Assembly: GCA_963737635.1 (NCBI GenBank) | Contig: CAVTTL010000001.1 | Span: 1,152,001-1,216,000 of the forward strand | Length of the DNA: 64,000 bases | Origin: an uncultured Methanoregulaceae archaeon | GTDB taxonomy: Archaea; Halobacteriota; Methanomicrobia; Methanomicrobiales; Methanospirillaceae | Direction of reading: 5' to 3' | Shown: positions 1 to 10,140 of the stretch, in pieces | Layout of the letters: each line of letters begins with the position of its first letter | How positions within the stretch are numbered: position 1 is the first letter of the stretch | The notes under the pieces: model-generated | Databases searched by the model: none | Told to the model about the DNA's origin: nothing | The model's input: only the letters and a program-made list of their open reading frames with translations | Made by a program: the position numbers and the translations under genes

Positions 1-725
1 ACGATATCAGCAACGTCAGGATGGCCGTCCAGAAATTTGGTATCCAGTACCCTGTCGTGCTTGACAACAACTATGCCACGTGGGACTCGTACGGGAACCA
101 GTATTGGCCCGAGGATTATCTCATCGACATCGACGGTTTCATCGTGTATCATCATATCGGGGAAGGCGATTACAACGAGACCGAGGCAGAGATCCAGACC
201 CTTTTGATGGAGAGGGCGGAGGCGCTCGGCATTAACGTGAGCATATCAAATACAACCGGGGTTCCGGTTAATGCAGTTTCGATAAACTTTTCAGACATCG
301 GGAGCCCGGAAACTTACTTCGGTGCAGCAAGAAACCAATACCTGGCAAACGGGCAACCTTCCGTAACCGGGCTCCAGACGCTTGTGTTACCTTCGGCAAT
401 ACAGCTCAACGCGCTGTACTTATCCGGGACGTGGAACTTTGCTGATCAGTATGCAGAAAATACTGGAAATGCACGTATCGTGTTCCAGTATAACGCAAAG
501 AATGTATATTTCGTTGCCAATGCCGACAATGCCACCGACGTGAATGTCCTGTTGGATGGAAAACCAATTATTAACAATGCCGGCGCTGATGTCAGCAATA
601 GTACCGTTACCATCAAAGTCGATCAGCTGTATTCTCTTGTTCAGGGTAGCGATTATGGGGTACATACTTTGGAACTCGACATTCCGGAACCAGGATTAAG
701 AGCATACACGTTCACATTCGGATGA
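1..725 (+). CDS. DipZ-like thioredoxin-fold protein, C-terminal part (5' end outside window)
   Basis: YPVVLDNNYATW..YGNQYWP..YLID..G redoxin tail followed by SPETYFG and YTFTFG, typical of the DipZ C-terminal domain. Confidence 0.8.
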   Translation, partial: DISNVRMAVQKFGIQYPVVLDNNYATWDSYGNQYWPEDYLIDIDGFIVYHHIGEGDYNETEAEIQTLLMERAEALGINVSISNTTGVPVNAVSINFSDIGSPETYFGAARNQYLANGQPSVTGLQTLVLPSAIQLNALYLSGTWNFADQYAENTGNARIVFQYNAKNVYFVANADNATDVNVLLDGKPIINNAGADVSNSTVTIKVDQLYSLVQGSDYGVHTLELDIPEPGLRAYTFTFG

Positions 726-752
726 TCGCAAGAAGTCTTGAGGAGGAGAACC

Positions 753-1529
753 ATGGATGAAAAACAGGAGACTGGGAAAAAAACAGAAAAAGCGACATTT
801 GCCGGTGGGTGCTTCTGGTGCATGCAGCCGCCTTTCAGGATTGCTGAAGGTGTGATCAGTGCGATTTCAGGCTATGCAGGTGGCACAAAAGAAAATCCCA
901 CGTACGAGGAGGTATCTTCCGGTACAACGGGACATGTCGAGGCAGTTCAGGTGACCTACGATGAAGAAAAAATATCGTATGACTCGCTGCTCGATATTTT
1001 CTGGAAACAGATAGACCCAACTGATCCTGCAGGCCAGTTCGCGGATAAAGGATCGCAATACAAGACAGTCATATTCTACCACGACGATGAACAAAAAAAG
1101 CTTGCAGAAGCATCAAAGAAGAAAATTGAAGCATCGGGAAAGTTTGCAAAACCCATTACCACAGAGATCCGGCCTTATACGAATTTCTACCCTGCCGAAG
1201 AGTACCATCAGGATTACGACCAGAAAAATCCGGGGCGTTACAGGGAATACAAAGTCCTTTCCGGCCGCGAATCGTTCATTAGTAAAATGTGGGAGACGCC
1301 ACGTGTTGTCCGCGTCTATGCCACTCCGGGATGTACCGGCTGCCGTGCAGTCAAGGAGTACCTCAAATCTAAGAAAGTGGAATTCACCGAAATTGATATT
1401 GCAGCCGATGAAGAGGCAAGAAATATGGTGATTGAAAAAACCGGCCACATCGGATCCCCAATCGTCCAGATAGGTGAAACCTTCATCTTTGGGTTTGACA
1501 AGAGGAAAATGGATCAATTACTGCCGTGA
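753..1529 (+). CDS. msrA: Peptide-methionine (S)-sulfoxide reductase with C-terminal glutaredoxin/NrdH-like domain
   Basis: FAGGCFWC, GYAGG, PTYEEV, FYPAEEYHQDY; C-terminal YATPGCTGC...SPIVQIG; RBS AGGAGG before ATG 753. Confidence 0.95.
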   Translation: MDEKQETGKKTEKATFAGGCFWCMQPPFRIAEGVISAISGYAGGTKENPTYEEVSSGTTGHVEAVQVTYDEEKISYDSLLDIFWKQIDPTDPAGQFADKGSQYKTVIFYHDDEQKKLAEASKKKIEASGKFAKPITTEIRPYTNFYPAEEYHQDYDQKNPGRYREYKVLSGRESFISKMWETPRVVRVYATPGCTGCRAVKEYLKSKKVEFTEIDIAADEEARNMVIEKTGHIGSPIVQIGETFIFGFDKRKMDQLLP

Positions 1530-1578
1530 TCTCATTTTACCTAATTACGACCTTCCCCTATTTTCTGATGGAGGAATC

Positions 1579-1603
1579 ATTTCAGTACATGTTTCAAAAT
1601 CTG
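1579..1603 (+). promoter_or_regulatory. Island motif copy upstream of sod
   Basis: ATTTCAGTACATGTTTCAAAATCTG, then GGAAGATCCTTTAAA 8 nt later. Confidence 0.7.
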
Positions 1604-1703
1604 CTTTTTGAGGAAGATCCTTTAAAATTTCGTGGGAAATACCGAAACCGGATAGGACTATTCCTTTCATGATTAGTCCTCGAGAAAAAGGGAGGTATTG
1701 AAC

Positions 1704-2321
1704 ATGGAATCAGACAAATTCTACACGTTACCGAAGCTGCCTTATGACTATACAGCCTTGAAACCCTATATTTCTGAAGAACAACTAAAACTGCATCATC
1801 AGAAGCATCACCAGGCGTATGTCAACGGGGCAAATGCCATCTACGAGAAATTTGATAAAGCACGTAAAGAGAATTCAGACTTTGACGTTAAAGCGACATT
1901 CAAAGAGTTGTCATTCCATATAGGAGGATTTAAGCTCCACAATTTATTCTGGGAGAACCTTGCTCCCGCTGGGAAAGGCGGAGGCGGCGCTCCAAAAGGA
2001 GCACTTGGGGAAGCAATTAATACGGAGTTTGGGAAGTTCGACCGTTTCAAAAAAGAGTTTACTCAGGCCGCAGCAAGTGCCGAGGGATCAGGATGGGCCG
2101 CGCTGACGTTCTGCAGGAAAACCGGAAGGCCGCTTATAATGCAGATAGAGAAACACAATACCAATGTCTTCCCCGGTTTCGACATTATCATGGTCCTTGA
2201 TGTCTGGGAGCATGCGTATTATCTCGATTATAAGAATGATCGGGCAAAATTTGTCGATGCATTCTGGAATATCGTAAACTGGGATGAAATCGGCAGGCGC
2301 TTTGACCAGGTACGGAAATGA
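1704..2321 (+). CDS. sod: Fe/Mn superoxide dismutase
   Basis: [33 protein letters not shown]. Confidence 0.97.
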   Translation: MESDKFYTLPKLPYDYTALKPYISEEQLKLHHQKHHQAYVNGANAIYEKFDKARKENSDFDVKATFKELSFHIGGFKLHNLFWENLAPAGKGGGGAPKGALGEAINTEFGKFDRFKKEFTQAAASAEGSGWAALTFCRKTGRPLIMQIEKHNTNVFPGFDIIMVLDVWEHAYYLDYKNDRAKFVDAFWNIVNWDEIGRRFDQVRK

Positions 2322-2372
2322 TAAAAACGCCGGGAAAGGTAATCCGGTGCAACAGGAAATCGGTACTGGTTC

Positions 2373-2408
2373 TTTATGATCAGATTGCCTGTAAAATAAG
2401 ATCATAAA
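2373..2408. promoter_or_regulatory. Inverted repeat, possible operator of the flavoprotein gene
   Basis: TTTATGATC-N18-GATCATAAA, perfect 9-bp arms about 70 bp upstream of ATG 2480. Confidence 0.4.
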
Positions 2409-2479
2409 TTATTTCAACGGGAACCTGCAACGCCATCGCCGGCCTTTTAGGTTATCGCCGAATACTGGTGAATTGAACT

Positions 2480-3871
2480 ATGGCTGTGGAATATGATCTG
2501 ATTGTTATCGGAACTGGTGCGGCTGGCGTATCAGCAGCTACTACAGCAGTGCATCTGGATGCAGCTCATGTAGCCGTTATTGAGCGAGGGCCTCTCTGGG
2601 GCACATGTGTCAATACCGGGTGTATCCCAAGCAAATTTCTCCTTACTTTGGCCGGTTACAACTATTACCGTGGACATGGGCATACTGGTGTCCATATGGA
2701 GAGTCAGCTCGATCTTAAACAGGTGCTCGAGGAAAAAAATGTACTCCAGAAAAAGCTGCGGGAGAAAAAACGAGACAACCTTTTCACCAGACTTGGCGTC
2801 GAGCTTATAGAAGGGGAAGCGAAATTTCTCTCACCTTCTGTATTGCAGGTAGGCGACAGAAAACTCACTGCACAGCGTTTTATCATCGCGACTGGTTCTT
2901 CGCCTGCAGTCCCACCCCTTGACGGTATCAGATCGGTCCCGCTCATGACAAGCACGGACGCTATGGACCAGGAACAGATTCCCTCAACACTTACCATAAT
3001 CGGGGGAAGAGCACTCGGCCTTGAATTTGCCCAGCTGTATGCCCATTTGGGGACCCGTGTCACCCTTATCCAAAGAAGCCCCCGGATCATTCCTGAGGAA
3101 GATCCCGAGATCGCGGGCCTGATGACTGGCTATCTAACTCGTGAAGGGATTAATATCATCACTGGTGCGGAAATCAGGCGTATTGAACGAGCCGGGAGTG
3201 CGATTTCGGTTATTGTACGCGTTGGCGCAGAACAAAGGGTTATCTCTGGGGAACATCTCTTCCTTGCGACGGGACGTTCCCCGAATACAAAAGAACTCGA
3301 CCCCGGATCTGCAGGAGTTGACACGAGAAAAGACGGGGCAGTTATTGTTGATACTACCTTGAAGACATCTGCTCCCCACATTTGGGCAGCTGGTGATGTG
3401 ACCGGTGAACCGATGCTCGAAACAGCGGCAAAGTACGGCGGCGAAATCGCTGCATCAAATGCCCTGCGGGAATTGAAACGATCATACAATAGTGCGCTTC
3501 TCCCCAAGGGGATCTTCACCATGCCACAGGTTGCGAGCGTGGGAATGACTGAAGAGAGCGCCCGCAGAGCCGGCATGCAACCGGTATCACACAGCATCAG
3601 CACTGACTCGATGGCAAAGTTCTCGATAGATGGAGACACACGGGGCCTCGTAAAAATCGTTGCCGACCGGGCGACCCGGCGTATCTTGGGAGTTCACATC
3701 TGCGCTCCGCTTGCCACCGAAATGATCCAGGAAGGGGTCATTGCTGTTATGAGATACCTGACCGTGGATGATCTTGCGGGAACCCCTCACATCTTCCCAA
3801 CAGCGACAGAAGCACTTGCCGTTTGTGCCCGCGGCTTGCGGGACCATACCGGATCGTATCCTGAATGTTGA
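2480..3871 (+). CDS. Class I pyridine nucleotide-disulfide oxidoreductase, MerA-like
   Basis: GTGAAG, GTCVNTGCIPSK, IWAAGDV, HIFPT (MerA-like rather than the HAHPT of lipoamide dehydrogenase); no C-terminal Cys-Cys. Confidence 0.85.
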   Translation: MAVEYDLIVIGTGAAGVSAATTAVHLDAAHVAVIERGPLWGTCVNTGCIPSKFLLTLAGYNYYRGHGHTGVHMESQLDLKQVLEEKNVLQKKLREKKRDNLFTRLGVELIEGEAKFLSPSVLQVGDRKLTAQRFIIATGSSPAVPPLDGIRSVPLMTSTDAMDQEQIPSTLTIIGGRALGLEFAQLYAHLGTRVTLIQRSPRIIPEEDPEIAGLMTGYLTREGINIITGAEIRRIERAGSAISVIVRVGAEQRVISGEHLFLATGRSPNTKELDPGSAGVDTRKDGAVIVDTTLKTSAPHIWAAGDVTGEPMLETAAKYGGEIAASNALRELKRSYNSALLPKGIFTMPQVASVGMTEESARRAGMQPVSHSISTDSMAKFSIDGDTRGLVKIVADRATRRILGVHICAPLATEMIQEGVIAVMRYLTVDDLAGTPHIFPTATEALAVCARGLRDHTGSYPEC

Positions 3872-3898
3872 GTATTTCCTGAAATAGGGCAGAATCAT

Positions 3899-3923
3899 TT
3901 TTCAAATGATGTTCTATAATTTG
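3899..3923 (+). promoter_or_regulatory. Degenerate island motif copy upstream of lipoprotein/OYE genes
   Basis: TTTTCAAATGATGTTCTATAATTTG, then CAAAATAATTAT at the conserved spacing. Confidence 0.45.
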
Positions 3924-3978
3924 GAAATTGTCAAAATAATTATCTGATGTTTGGACGCGACTACAGTGAAGTGGTTGT

Positions 3979-4876
3979 ATGAAAGCGTGTCTTGTGCTCA
4001 TGGCATTCTTGGTATTGATATCGATCCTTCTTGTCACTGGTTGCACCCAGAATCAAGCGTCCCAATCGGCAGCTCAGTCTGGTTCACCTCCGGCGTCGCA
4101 GCAGGCCACTCAGTCTGCTGATACCATTAAGGTTGCATCGTCTTCTCTGGGAAATATTCTCGTAGATGCACAGGGCAAGACCCTGTATTATTTTGCTCTT
4201 GACGTACCTGCAAGCGGTGCAAGCGTATGCAGTGGCTCATGTGCGGGTATCTGGCCGGTCTTCTATACCGGGGCGATTACCGTATCGCCGCCTCTAATGG
4301 CGTCCGACTTTTCGTCCTTCGTCCGGTCTGACGGCATGAACCAGACGACATACCGTGGATGGCCGCTCTATTACTTCCAAGGAGACAACAACCCCGGCGA
4401 CATCTCTGGTGAGAATGTCACCCATAACTGGTTTGTAGTCAAACCGGATGAAACCGTAATGATCGCCCAGCGTAGTTCATTAGGTTTATTCCTCGTCGAC
4501 AAGATGGGTAATACCCTGTATTACTTCGCAAAAGATACTCCGGGGATGAGTTCCTGTACAGGGGCATGCACGGGAAAATGGCCCCCATTCAATGCCGGGA
4601 CGGTTAGTGCTCCATCAGGTACTAAACCCGGCAGATTTCAGTACAGTGACGAGATCAGATGGAACTAACCAGTCCGCGTTTATGGGAAGACCGCTGTATT
4701 ATTTCTCCAACGATACTATGCCCGGGCAGACAAACGGCGAGGGGTTCAATAATCTCTGGTATGTTGCAAACGTTACCGGTTACGCTCCATCTGCACCCAC
4801 ACCAACACCTACACCGACCCCAACCCCCACACCAACCCCGACAACAGTGTCTTACGGTGGAGGAGGGGGCTATTAG
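3979..4876 (+). CDS. Lipoprotein with secreted Y-X4-D repeats (COG4315-like); frameshift near 4615
   Basis: Lipobox LVTGC; repeated GKTLYYF..D, CxGxCxxxWP and PLYYF..D..PG units across ORFs 3979-4668 and 4592-4876; PT linker, ends YGGGGGY. Confidence 0.85.
4792..4843 (+). repeat. Pro-Thr coding repeat
   Basis: (CCNACN)n encoding APTPTPTPTPTPTPTPT. Confidence 0.85.
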
Positions 4877-4904
4877 AGAGGATCCGGTGTTAAACGGGGG
4901 CTGT

Positions 4905-5981
4905 ATGAGTGTCTTATCTCCCTACAGGATGGGGGACCTCGTTCTTTCGAACCGGATGGTTATGGCACCGATGACCCGGTGTCGTGCTGGAAAAGGCAAT
5001 ATACCGGGTCCATTATCGGTTATCTATTATGAGCAGAGATCATCCGCAGGTCTCATTATTTCTGAAGGTTCACAGGTAAGCCCCCAAGGTGTTGGTTTCT
5101 ACCGGACACCAGGAATTTATTCAACCGGACAAGTTGAAGGCTGGAAAAGTGTAACACGGGCGGTTCATCGCGCCGGGGGAAAGATCTTCCTCCAGCTCTG
5201 GCACGTTGGGCGTATGTCACACCCCGATTACCTGAACGGCGGGCTTCCGGTCGCCCCGTCAGCGCTTCCGGTCAACGAAGAGATCCATACTCCGGTTGGC
5301 AAGAAAATGATCCCGGTTCCCCGGGCACTCGAACCAAAGGAGATCCCGGAGATCGTACAGCAGTTCGGGAAAGGTGCCGCAAACGCGAAAGAAGCAGGTT
5401 TTGACGGTGTTGAAATCCATGGAGCAAATGGTTACCTGCTGGACCAGTTTCTCAGGGATGGTTCGAACCAAAGGACGGATAACTATGGGGGAACTCTTAA
5501 AAACCGGGCACGTTTACCGCTTGCGGTTGCTGAAGAAGTGGCAAGGGTGTGGGGCCCAAAAAGAGTTGGGTATAAAATCTCACCTCATTTTCTAAACCAT
5601 GCCATGTCTGATACGAATCCCCGGGAGACCTTTGCTTACTTGGCACAGGAGCTGGGCAGGCTGGGTATAGGCTATATTCATCTTGTGGAGCCGATCGGGG
5701 GAAGGCTCGGGCAAATACAACCCGAGATGCAGATGGCCCCTCTAATCCGTAAAAAATTCGATGGCACGCTTATCCTTAACGGAGGCTATGATCTCAAAAG
5801 CAGCACTGAAGCAATTGAGAGCGGCCTTGCTGACCTGATCGCTTTCGGTGTCCTGTTCCTGGCAAACCCGGATCTTCCCGAGAGATTCGGGAAGAATACG
5901 TCTCTGAATCGCGAAGACATCTCAACATTTTATTCAGGTGAAGAGAAGGGATACACGGATTACCCGTCGCTCGGGTCGTAG
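4905..5981 (+). CDS. Alkene reductase / old yellow enzyme (NemA-like)
   Basis: NRMVMAPMTR, QLWHVGR, GFDGVEIHGANGYLLDQF, ANPDLPER, GYTDYP. Confidence 0.95.
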   Translation: MSVLSPYRMGDLVLSNRMVMAPMTRCRAGKGNIPGPLSVIYYEQRSSAGLIISEGSQVSPQGVGFYRTPGIYSTGQVEGWKSVTRAVHRAGGKIFLQLWHVGRMSHPDYLNGGLPVAPSALPVNEEIHTPVGKKMIPVPRALEPKEIPEIVQQFGKGAANAKEAGFDGVEIHGANGYLLDQFLRDGSNQRTDNYGGTLKNRARLPLAVAEEVARVWGPKRVGYKISPHFLNHAMSDTNPRETFAYLAQELGRLGIGYIHLVEPIGGRLGQIQPEMQMAPLIRKKFDGTLILNGGYDLKSSTEAIESGLADLIAFGVLFLANPDLPERFGKNTSLNREDISTFYSGEEKGYTDYPSLGS

Positions 5982-6041
5982 AAGAAAATCAGGAACAAGG
6001 GTAGTCCTTAAAGGGTAGATTCACTCAAAAAAAGTTTTACG

Positions 6042-6353
6042 TCATTTTTTCCCGAGAAGTCCCTGAGCATACCGTTGTGCCATCTCGGACCCCTTCGTGC
6101 AATAGAACCTGTTTTTGAGCCCGATCTCGCTCGTAACCGGGCAGGTCGGGCAAATACAATCTTTCTCCTGGGAAATACAGACAAAACTCTTTCCTTCTGC
6201 ACAAAAGAGTATTTCCTTGGCATTCTTCGCACATCCAGTGTATGTCGGGCATGAAGGACAGGTACACATCTTCTTGAACGTTTCCACTGCCTCCATCATC
6301 TGGGCAGGCGACATTCCTGCCATCGACTTCATCGCATCATCGAATTTGTCCAT
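6042..6353 (-). CDS. Cys-rich DUF2769-type protein
   Basis: CTCPSCPTY..C...LFC..GKS..CI....CICPTCPV......YC..G pattern. Confidence 0.8.
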   Translation of the reverse strand: MDKFDDAMKSMAGMSPAQMMEAVETFKKMCTCPSCPTYTGCAKNAKEILFCAEGKSFVCISQEKDCICPTCPVTSEIGLKNRFYCTKGSEMAQRYAQGLLGKK

Positions 6354-6372
6354 GATATTTCCCTCCGACTAT

Positions 6373-6852
6373 CTATTCAATGGCAATTTTTCCCCCGGAA
6401 TCTTTTGCTACCTTCTTGAGATGGATTTCCAGAACACCATTCTTGAACGTTGCAGAGGAAGCATTTTCTGTCACCGGTTTTGGGAGGGGAACGATCCGTG
6501 TCATCGATCCAAAACTGCGCTCACGCAGATAGTAGCCCTCGTTTTCCTCTTTTCTTTCCTCCCTGCGTTCGCAGGATATCTCAAGAGCTTGCGGAGTAAC
6601 CAGATCTAGAGAAATATCCTTTTTGGCCAGTCCCGGGATCATATCGGCAGTCACGACAACTTCGTCGTCCTTTTCGGTGACATCTACATGCAAGTCTGTG
6701 CGCTGTGCAGGAAGCATCTTTGTCCCTGCTTCCGCGGTAGCGGGTAACAACGCCGCCGGGCCAGTATCGTACATCTGCCGCGACAAAGACTCCATATACT
6801 TCCGCATGTCTTCGAGTTCATCAAAGATCGATCTATAATACCATCGGACCAT
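6373..6852 (-). CDS. Small heat shock protein Hsp20
   Basis: VDVTE...ADMIPG, YYLRERSFG, ATFKNGVLEI. Confidence 0.95.
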   Translation of the reverse strand: MVRWYYRSIFDELEDMRKYMESLSRQMYDTGPAALLPATAEAGTKMLPAQRTDLHVDVTEKDDEVVVTADMIPGLAKKDISLDLVTPQALEISCERREERKEENEGYYLRERSFGSMTRIVPLPKPVTENASSATFKNGVLEIHLKKVAKDSGGKIAIE

Positions 6853-6995
6853 TATTCTCACCCCATTTTTTAGTGCGGATCCCAATCCGCAGAAGGTAAG
6901 GAATCATTGTTATCCCGATGTGTCCCCGGGTAACCTGCTATCCTTATCAGGTAGCATATTGTTGAAGAATATTTTATCAATTTAATCTGAAAACT

Positions 6996-7020
6996 CATAT
7001 TTTGAAACATTTTTTGAAAA
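6996..7020 (-). promoter_or_regulatory. Island motif copy upstream of hsp20
   Basis: Minus strand reads TTTTCAAAAAATGTTTCAAAATATG. Confidence 0.7.
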
Positions 7021-7082
7021 GAATAATACCGGTCGTTCGTGCCTGGATAGGCAACCCGAGCTGAGAATTATCTACGATTAGA

Positions 7083-7368
7083 TCAACTGGTTAAATCTTC
7101 GGGTCTCAGCAACGAAAGGACAGCCTCAATATTGGAGATCTCGCGCTTGATGATTTCTTCATGAAAATAGTACCTCAGTTTTTGTTCGAATTTCAACCGG
7201 AAATTGTGGTTCCATCCGTGTCCCGGATCGGTACTGGTTCCTGATATAGAACTGGAACTCGTCAAGATCCTGGCGGGTGAGTTTGTCGATGAACATTGCC
7301 TGGTACTTATTCATCAGGTACTGTTTCGTATCTCCAAAAGGAATGTTTTCTTGTGCCATGTTATCCAC
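7083..7368 (-). CDS. Hypothetical protein, probably one gene with a frameshift near 7230
   Basis: Overlapping protein-like ORFs 7159-7368 and 7083-7265 in operon orientation. Confidence 0.45.
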
Positions 7369-7374
7369 GAAGTG

Positions 7375-7569
7375 TCATACCGACGATTTAATCCTGTGCA
7401 GATCGGGGTCAATCAGATAAATTGCCGGATTGTTAAGGAGATCAAGCACATTGATCTTCTGATCGATAAGCTCATCATAGGTGAAGAAATTGTTATTCTC
7501 ATTTCCTGCACCGGACCAGAACACCTGGACACCATTTTGGTATTTTTTACTACTTTCAATCTGTTGCAT
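7375..7569 (-). CDS. Small hypothetical protein
   Basis: ATG at 7569 with purine-rich RBS; MQQIESSKKY...VFWSGAG. Confidence 0.55.
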   Translation of the reverse strand: MQQIESSKKYQNGVQVFWSGAGNENNNFFTYDELIDQKINVLDLLNNPAIYLIDPDLHRIKSSV

Positions 7570-7582
7570 TTTTTTCCTCTTC

Positions 7583-7738
7583 CTATCTCTCCTCTTCATG
7601 CCATTCCGGGAAATGAAGTCCCAATGGCAGACGCTTCTCTTCTGGACTATTTGCTCCGTGCCGGAATGCCGTTTTCAGATCGTCAGGTGAAGCATCCCAT
7701 CTTACGCCAAGTACCTCGTAATAATCACCCTTCGCCAT
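7583..7738 (-). pseudogene. dnaJ: Truncated dnaJ (J-domain N-terminus only, 51 aa)
   Basis: Hand translation MAKGDYYEVLGVRWDASPDDLKTAFR, then unrelated sequence without HPD; lies directly after dnaK. Confidence 0.85.
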
Positions 7739-7753
7739 GGGTCGGGGAAACTA

Positions 7754-9622
7754 TTATTTTTCATCATTCACTTTGAAATCCGCGTCGACAACCCGCTCGC
7801 CTCCCTGACCGCCTGGCTCTTCACCTGAGGATGCAGCCTGCGGGCCGGGCTGCTGCTGTGCTTGCCGGCGGGCGGTCTCCTGGTACGCGGCTGATCCCGC
7901 TTCCCCGAGAACCTTTTGGAGTTTTTCGGTTTCCGACTTTATTTTTGCAACATCCTTACCTTCCAGTGCCGCTTTGACAGCAGTTATTGCCCCGTTAAGC
8001 CGGTCCGTCACGTCAGCATCTAGTTTGTCGGCCAGGTCGACCTTCGTTTTTTCCGCAGTATACACTAAGGAATCGGCGGTATTGCGTGACTCAGACTCCT
8101 CTCTTATTGCCTTGTCCTGCTCCTCGTATTCTTTGGCATCGCTGACCATCTTTTTCACATCGCTGTCAGAAAGTTTCGTTGAAGCGGTAATGGTCATCTT
8201 CTGCTCTTTACCGGTGCCGAGATCTTTTGCCGAAACATTGAGGATACCGGAAGCATCGATATCGAACGTAACTTCGATCTGCGGAACGCCCCGGGGAGCC
8301 GGCGGAATGCCTACGAGGTTAAACTGGCCAAGGCTTACATTGTCTGCCGCCATCGCCCGTTCACCTTGGAGTACATGAATGGTAACCGAGGTCTGCATAT
8401 CTGCTGCGGTAGAAAAGATCTGGCTCTTCTTCGTCGGGATCGTCGTATTCCTGTCGATTAGAGGGGTTCTTACACTCCCAAGCGTTTCAAGGCCTAGGGT
8501 CAAGGGTGTGACATCGAGGAGCACCATGTCCGTGATCTCTCCTCCAAGGATCGCCCCCTGAATCGCTGCACCCATGGCAACGCACTCCATCGGATCGATG
8601 CCTCGTACCATCTTATTGCCGACATGATCTTCGATGAATTTCTGGACGACCGGCATCCGGGTCGGTCCCCCGACAAGGATCACCTTCTGGATATTCCCTT
8701 TGGTCAGTTTCGCATCTTTCAATGCCTGGTCGAACGGGACGATACACCGTTTAATGATCGGTTCAATCAGCTGTTCGAGCTTGGCACGTGACAATTTGAT
8801 GGAGAGATGCTTGGGGCCTGATTGTGTCGCAGAAACATAAGGAAGATTGATCTCAGTTTCGAGCACCGTCGAAAGCTCGATCTTTGCCTTCTCGGCTGCT
8901 TCTTTTACCCGGTTGATTGCCATCTTGTCGGTGCGTAGATCTATCCCTTCCTGCTTCTTGAACTCTGCCGCGATCCATTCGTAGATTGCATTGTCCATAT
9001 CGGTACCGCCGAGCTGGGTATCACCAGATGTCGCGAGAACGGTAAATGTACCGCCGCCAAACTCCATGATGGTGACATCGAGGGTACCACCACCAAGATC
9101 GAATACGAGGATCTTATACTCGCCTCCTTTATCAAGCCCATAAGCCATGGATGCCGCTGTGGGCTCGTTGACAAGCCGCACGACTTCGAGACCGGCAATT
9201 TTTCCCGCATCCTTGGTCGCCGTCCTCTGGTTGTCGTTAAAGTAGGCAGGTACCGTAATTACTGCCTTCTTTACTGGTTCGCCCAAGAAGGCTTCCGCGT
9301 CTCTTTTTATCTTCTGCAGGAGAAATGCCGAGATCTGCTGGGGTGTATATTCCTTCCCGTAAATCTTGTAAATATGAGAGGTGCCGATCTTCCTTTTTGC
9401 CGCTGTTACCGTGCCGTCAGGGTTGCTTACGGTCTGCCTTCTGGCTGGTTCCCCCACAAGGAGCTGGCCGTCAGCGGTAAATGCGACATACGAAGGAAAC
9501 ATTTTCCCGGCAACAGTCGCTCCTTCTGCAGAAGGAATAATAGTCGGTTTGCCGCCAACCATTACTGCTGCTTCGCTGTTGGATGTTCCAAGGTCAATAC
9601 CAATAATTTTTTCCTTACTCAT
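7754..9622 (-). CDS. dnaK: Chaperone DnaK (Hsp70)
   Basis: [44 protein letters not shown]. Confidence 0.99.
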   Translation of the reverse strand: MSKEKIIGIDLGTSNSEAAVMVGGKPTIIPSAEGATVAGKMFPSYVAFTADGQLLVGEPARRQTVSNPDGTVTAAKRKIGTSHIYKIYGKEYTPQQISAFLLQKIKRDAEAFLGEPVKKAVITVPAYFNDNQRTATKDAGKIAGLEVVRLVNEPTAASMAYGLDKGGEYKILVFDLGGGTLDVTIMEFGGGTFTVLATSGDTQLGGTDMDNAIYEWIAAEFKKQEGIDLRTDKMAINRVKEAAEKAKIELSTVLETEINLPYVSATQSGPKHLSIKLSRAKLEQLIEPIIKRCIVPFDQALKDAKLTKGNIQKVILVGGPTRMPVVQKFIEDHVGNKMVRGIDPMECVAMGAAIQGAILGGEITDMVLLDVTPLTLGLETLGSVRTPLIDRNTTIPTKKSQIFSTAADMQTSVTIHVLQGERAMAADNVSLGQFNLVGIPPAPRGVPQIEVTFDIDASGILNVSAKDLGTGKEQKMTITASTKLSDSDVKKMVSDAKEYEEQDKAIREESESRNTADSLVYTAEKTKVDLADKLDADVTDRLNGAITAVKAALEGKDVAKIKSETEKLQKVLGEAGSAAYQETARRQAQQQPGPQAASSGEEPGGQGGERVVDADFKVNDEK

Positions 9623-10103
9623 TCTTCTCACCTTTGGGTTCCACTATGTGTTCTGCAATCTTTACTTTCGAAGGCCTGATCACTTTGGATTTCAACCGGT
9701 AACCTTTTCCCAGATCCTCAAGGATCGTGTTCTGCTCGCCGGAGCACTTCTCTGTGCATATGGCTTCATGGCACTGTGGATCGAATTTTTTTCCGATGCA
9801 TTCTATAGGCTGCAGGCCATACGAGGATAGGACATTAATGAATTTTTTATAAATCATCTCCATTCCCTCCCTGTTTTTTTCCTGTTCGAGGCATGGAAAT
9901 GCATGTTCGAAATCATCAAGGATCACGAGGAGATCCTCTATCAGGCGCTCATTTGCGAGCTCCGTGATCAGCTCTTTTTCTTTTGCTGAGAACCTGCGAA
10001 AATTCTCAAAATCGGCCTGAAGGTACCTAAGCTGGTTAAGTCGCTCCCCGGCAAAACGGGTCTGTTCCTCAAGTTCTTTTTTTAGTTGTCCGATCTCATC
10101 CAT
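9615..10103 (-). CDS. grpE: Nucleotide exchange factor GrpE
   Basis: [32 protein letters not shown]; RBS GAGGTGA before ATG 10103. Confidence 0.96.
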   Translation of the reverse strand: MDEIGQLKKELEEQTRFAGERLNQLRYLQADFENFRRFSAKEKELITELANERLIEDLLVILDDFEHAFPCLEQEKNREGMEMIYKKFINVLSSYGLQPIECIGKKFDPQCHEAICTEKCSGEQNTILEDLGKGYRLKSKVIRPSKVKIAEHIVEPKGEKNE

Positions 10104-10140
10104 CGGATCACCTCTTTTTTTATCGCTCTCCGTATGCCTT

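Noticed and set aside
3866-3871. TGT-TGA at the end of the MerA-like gene read as Cys-Sec
   Set aside because: No SECIS-like hairpin was recognised, FrhA here is the Cys form (DPCVSC), and Methanomicrobiales are not known Sec users.
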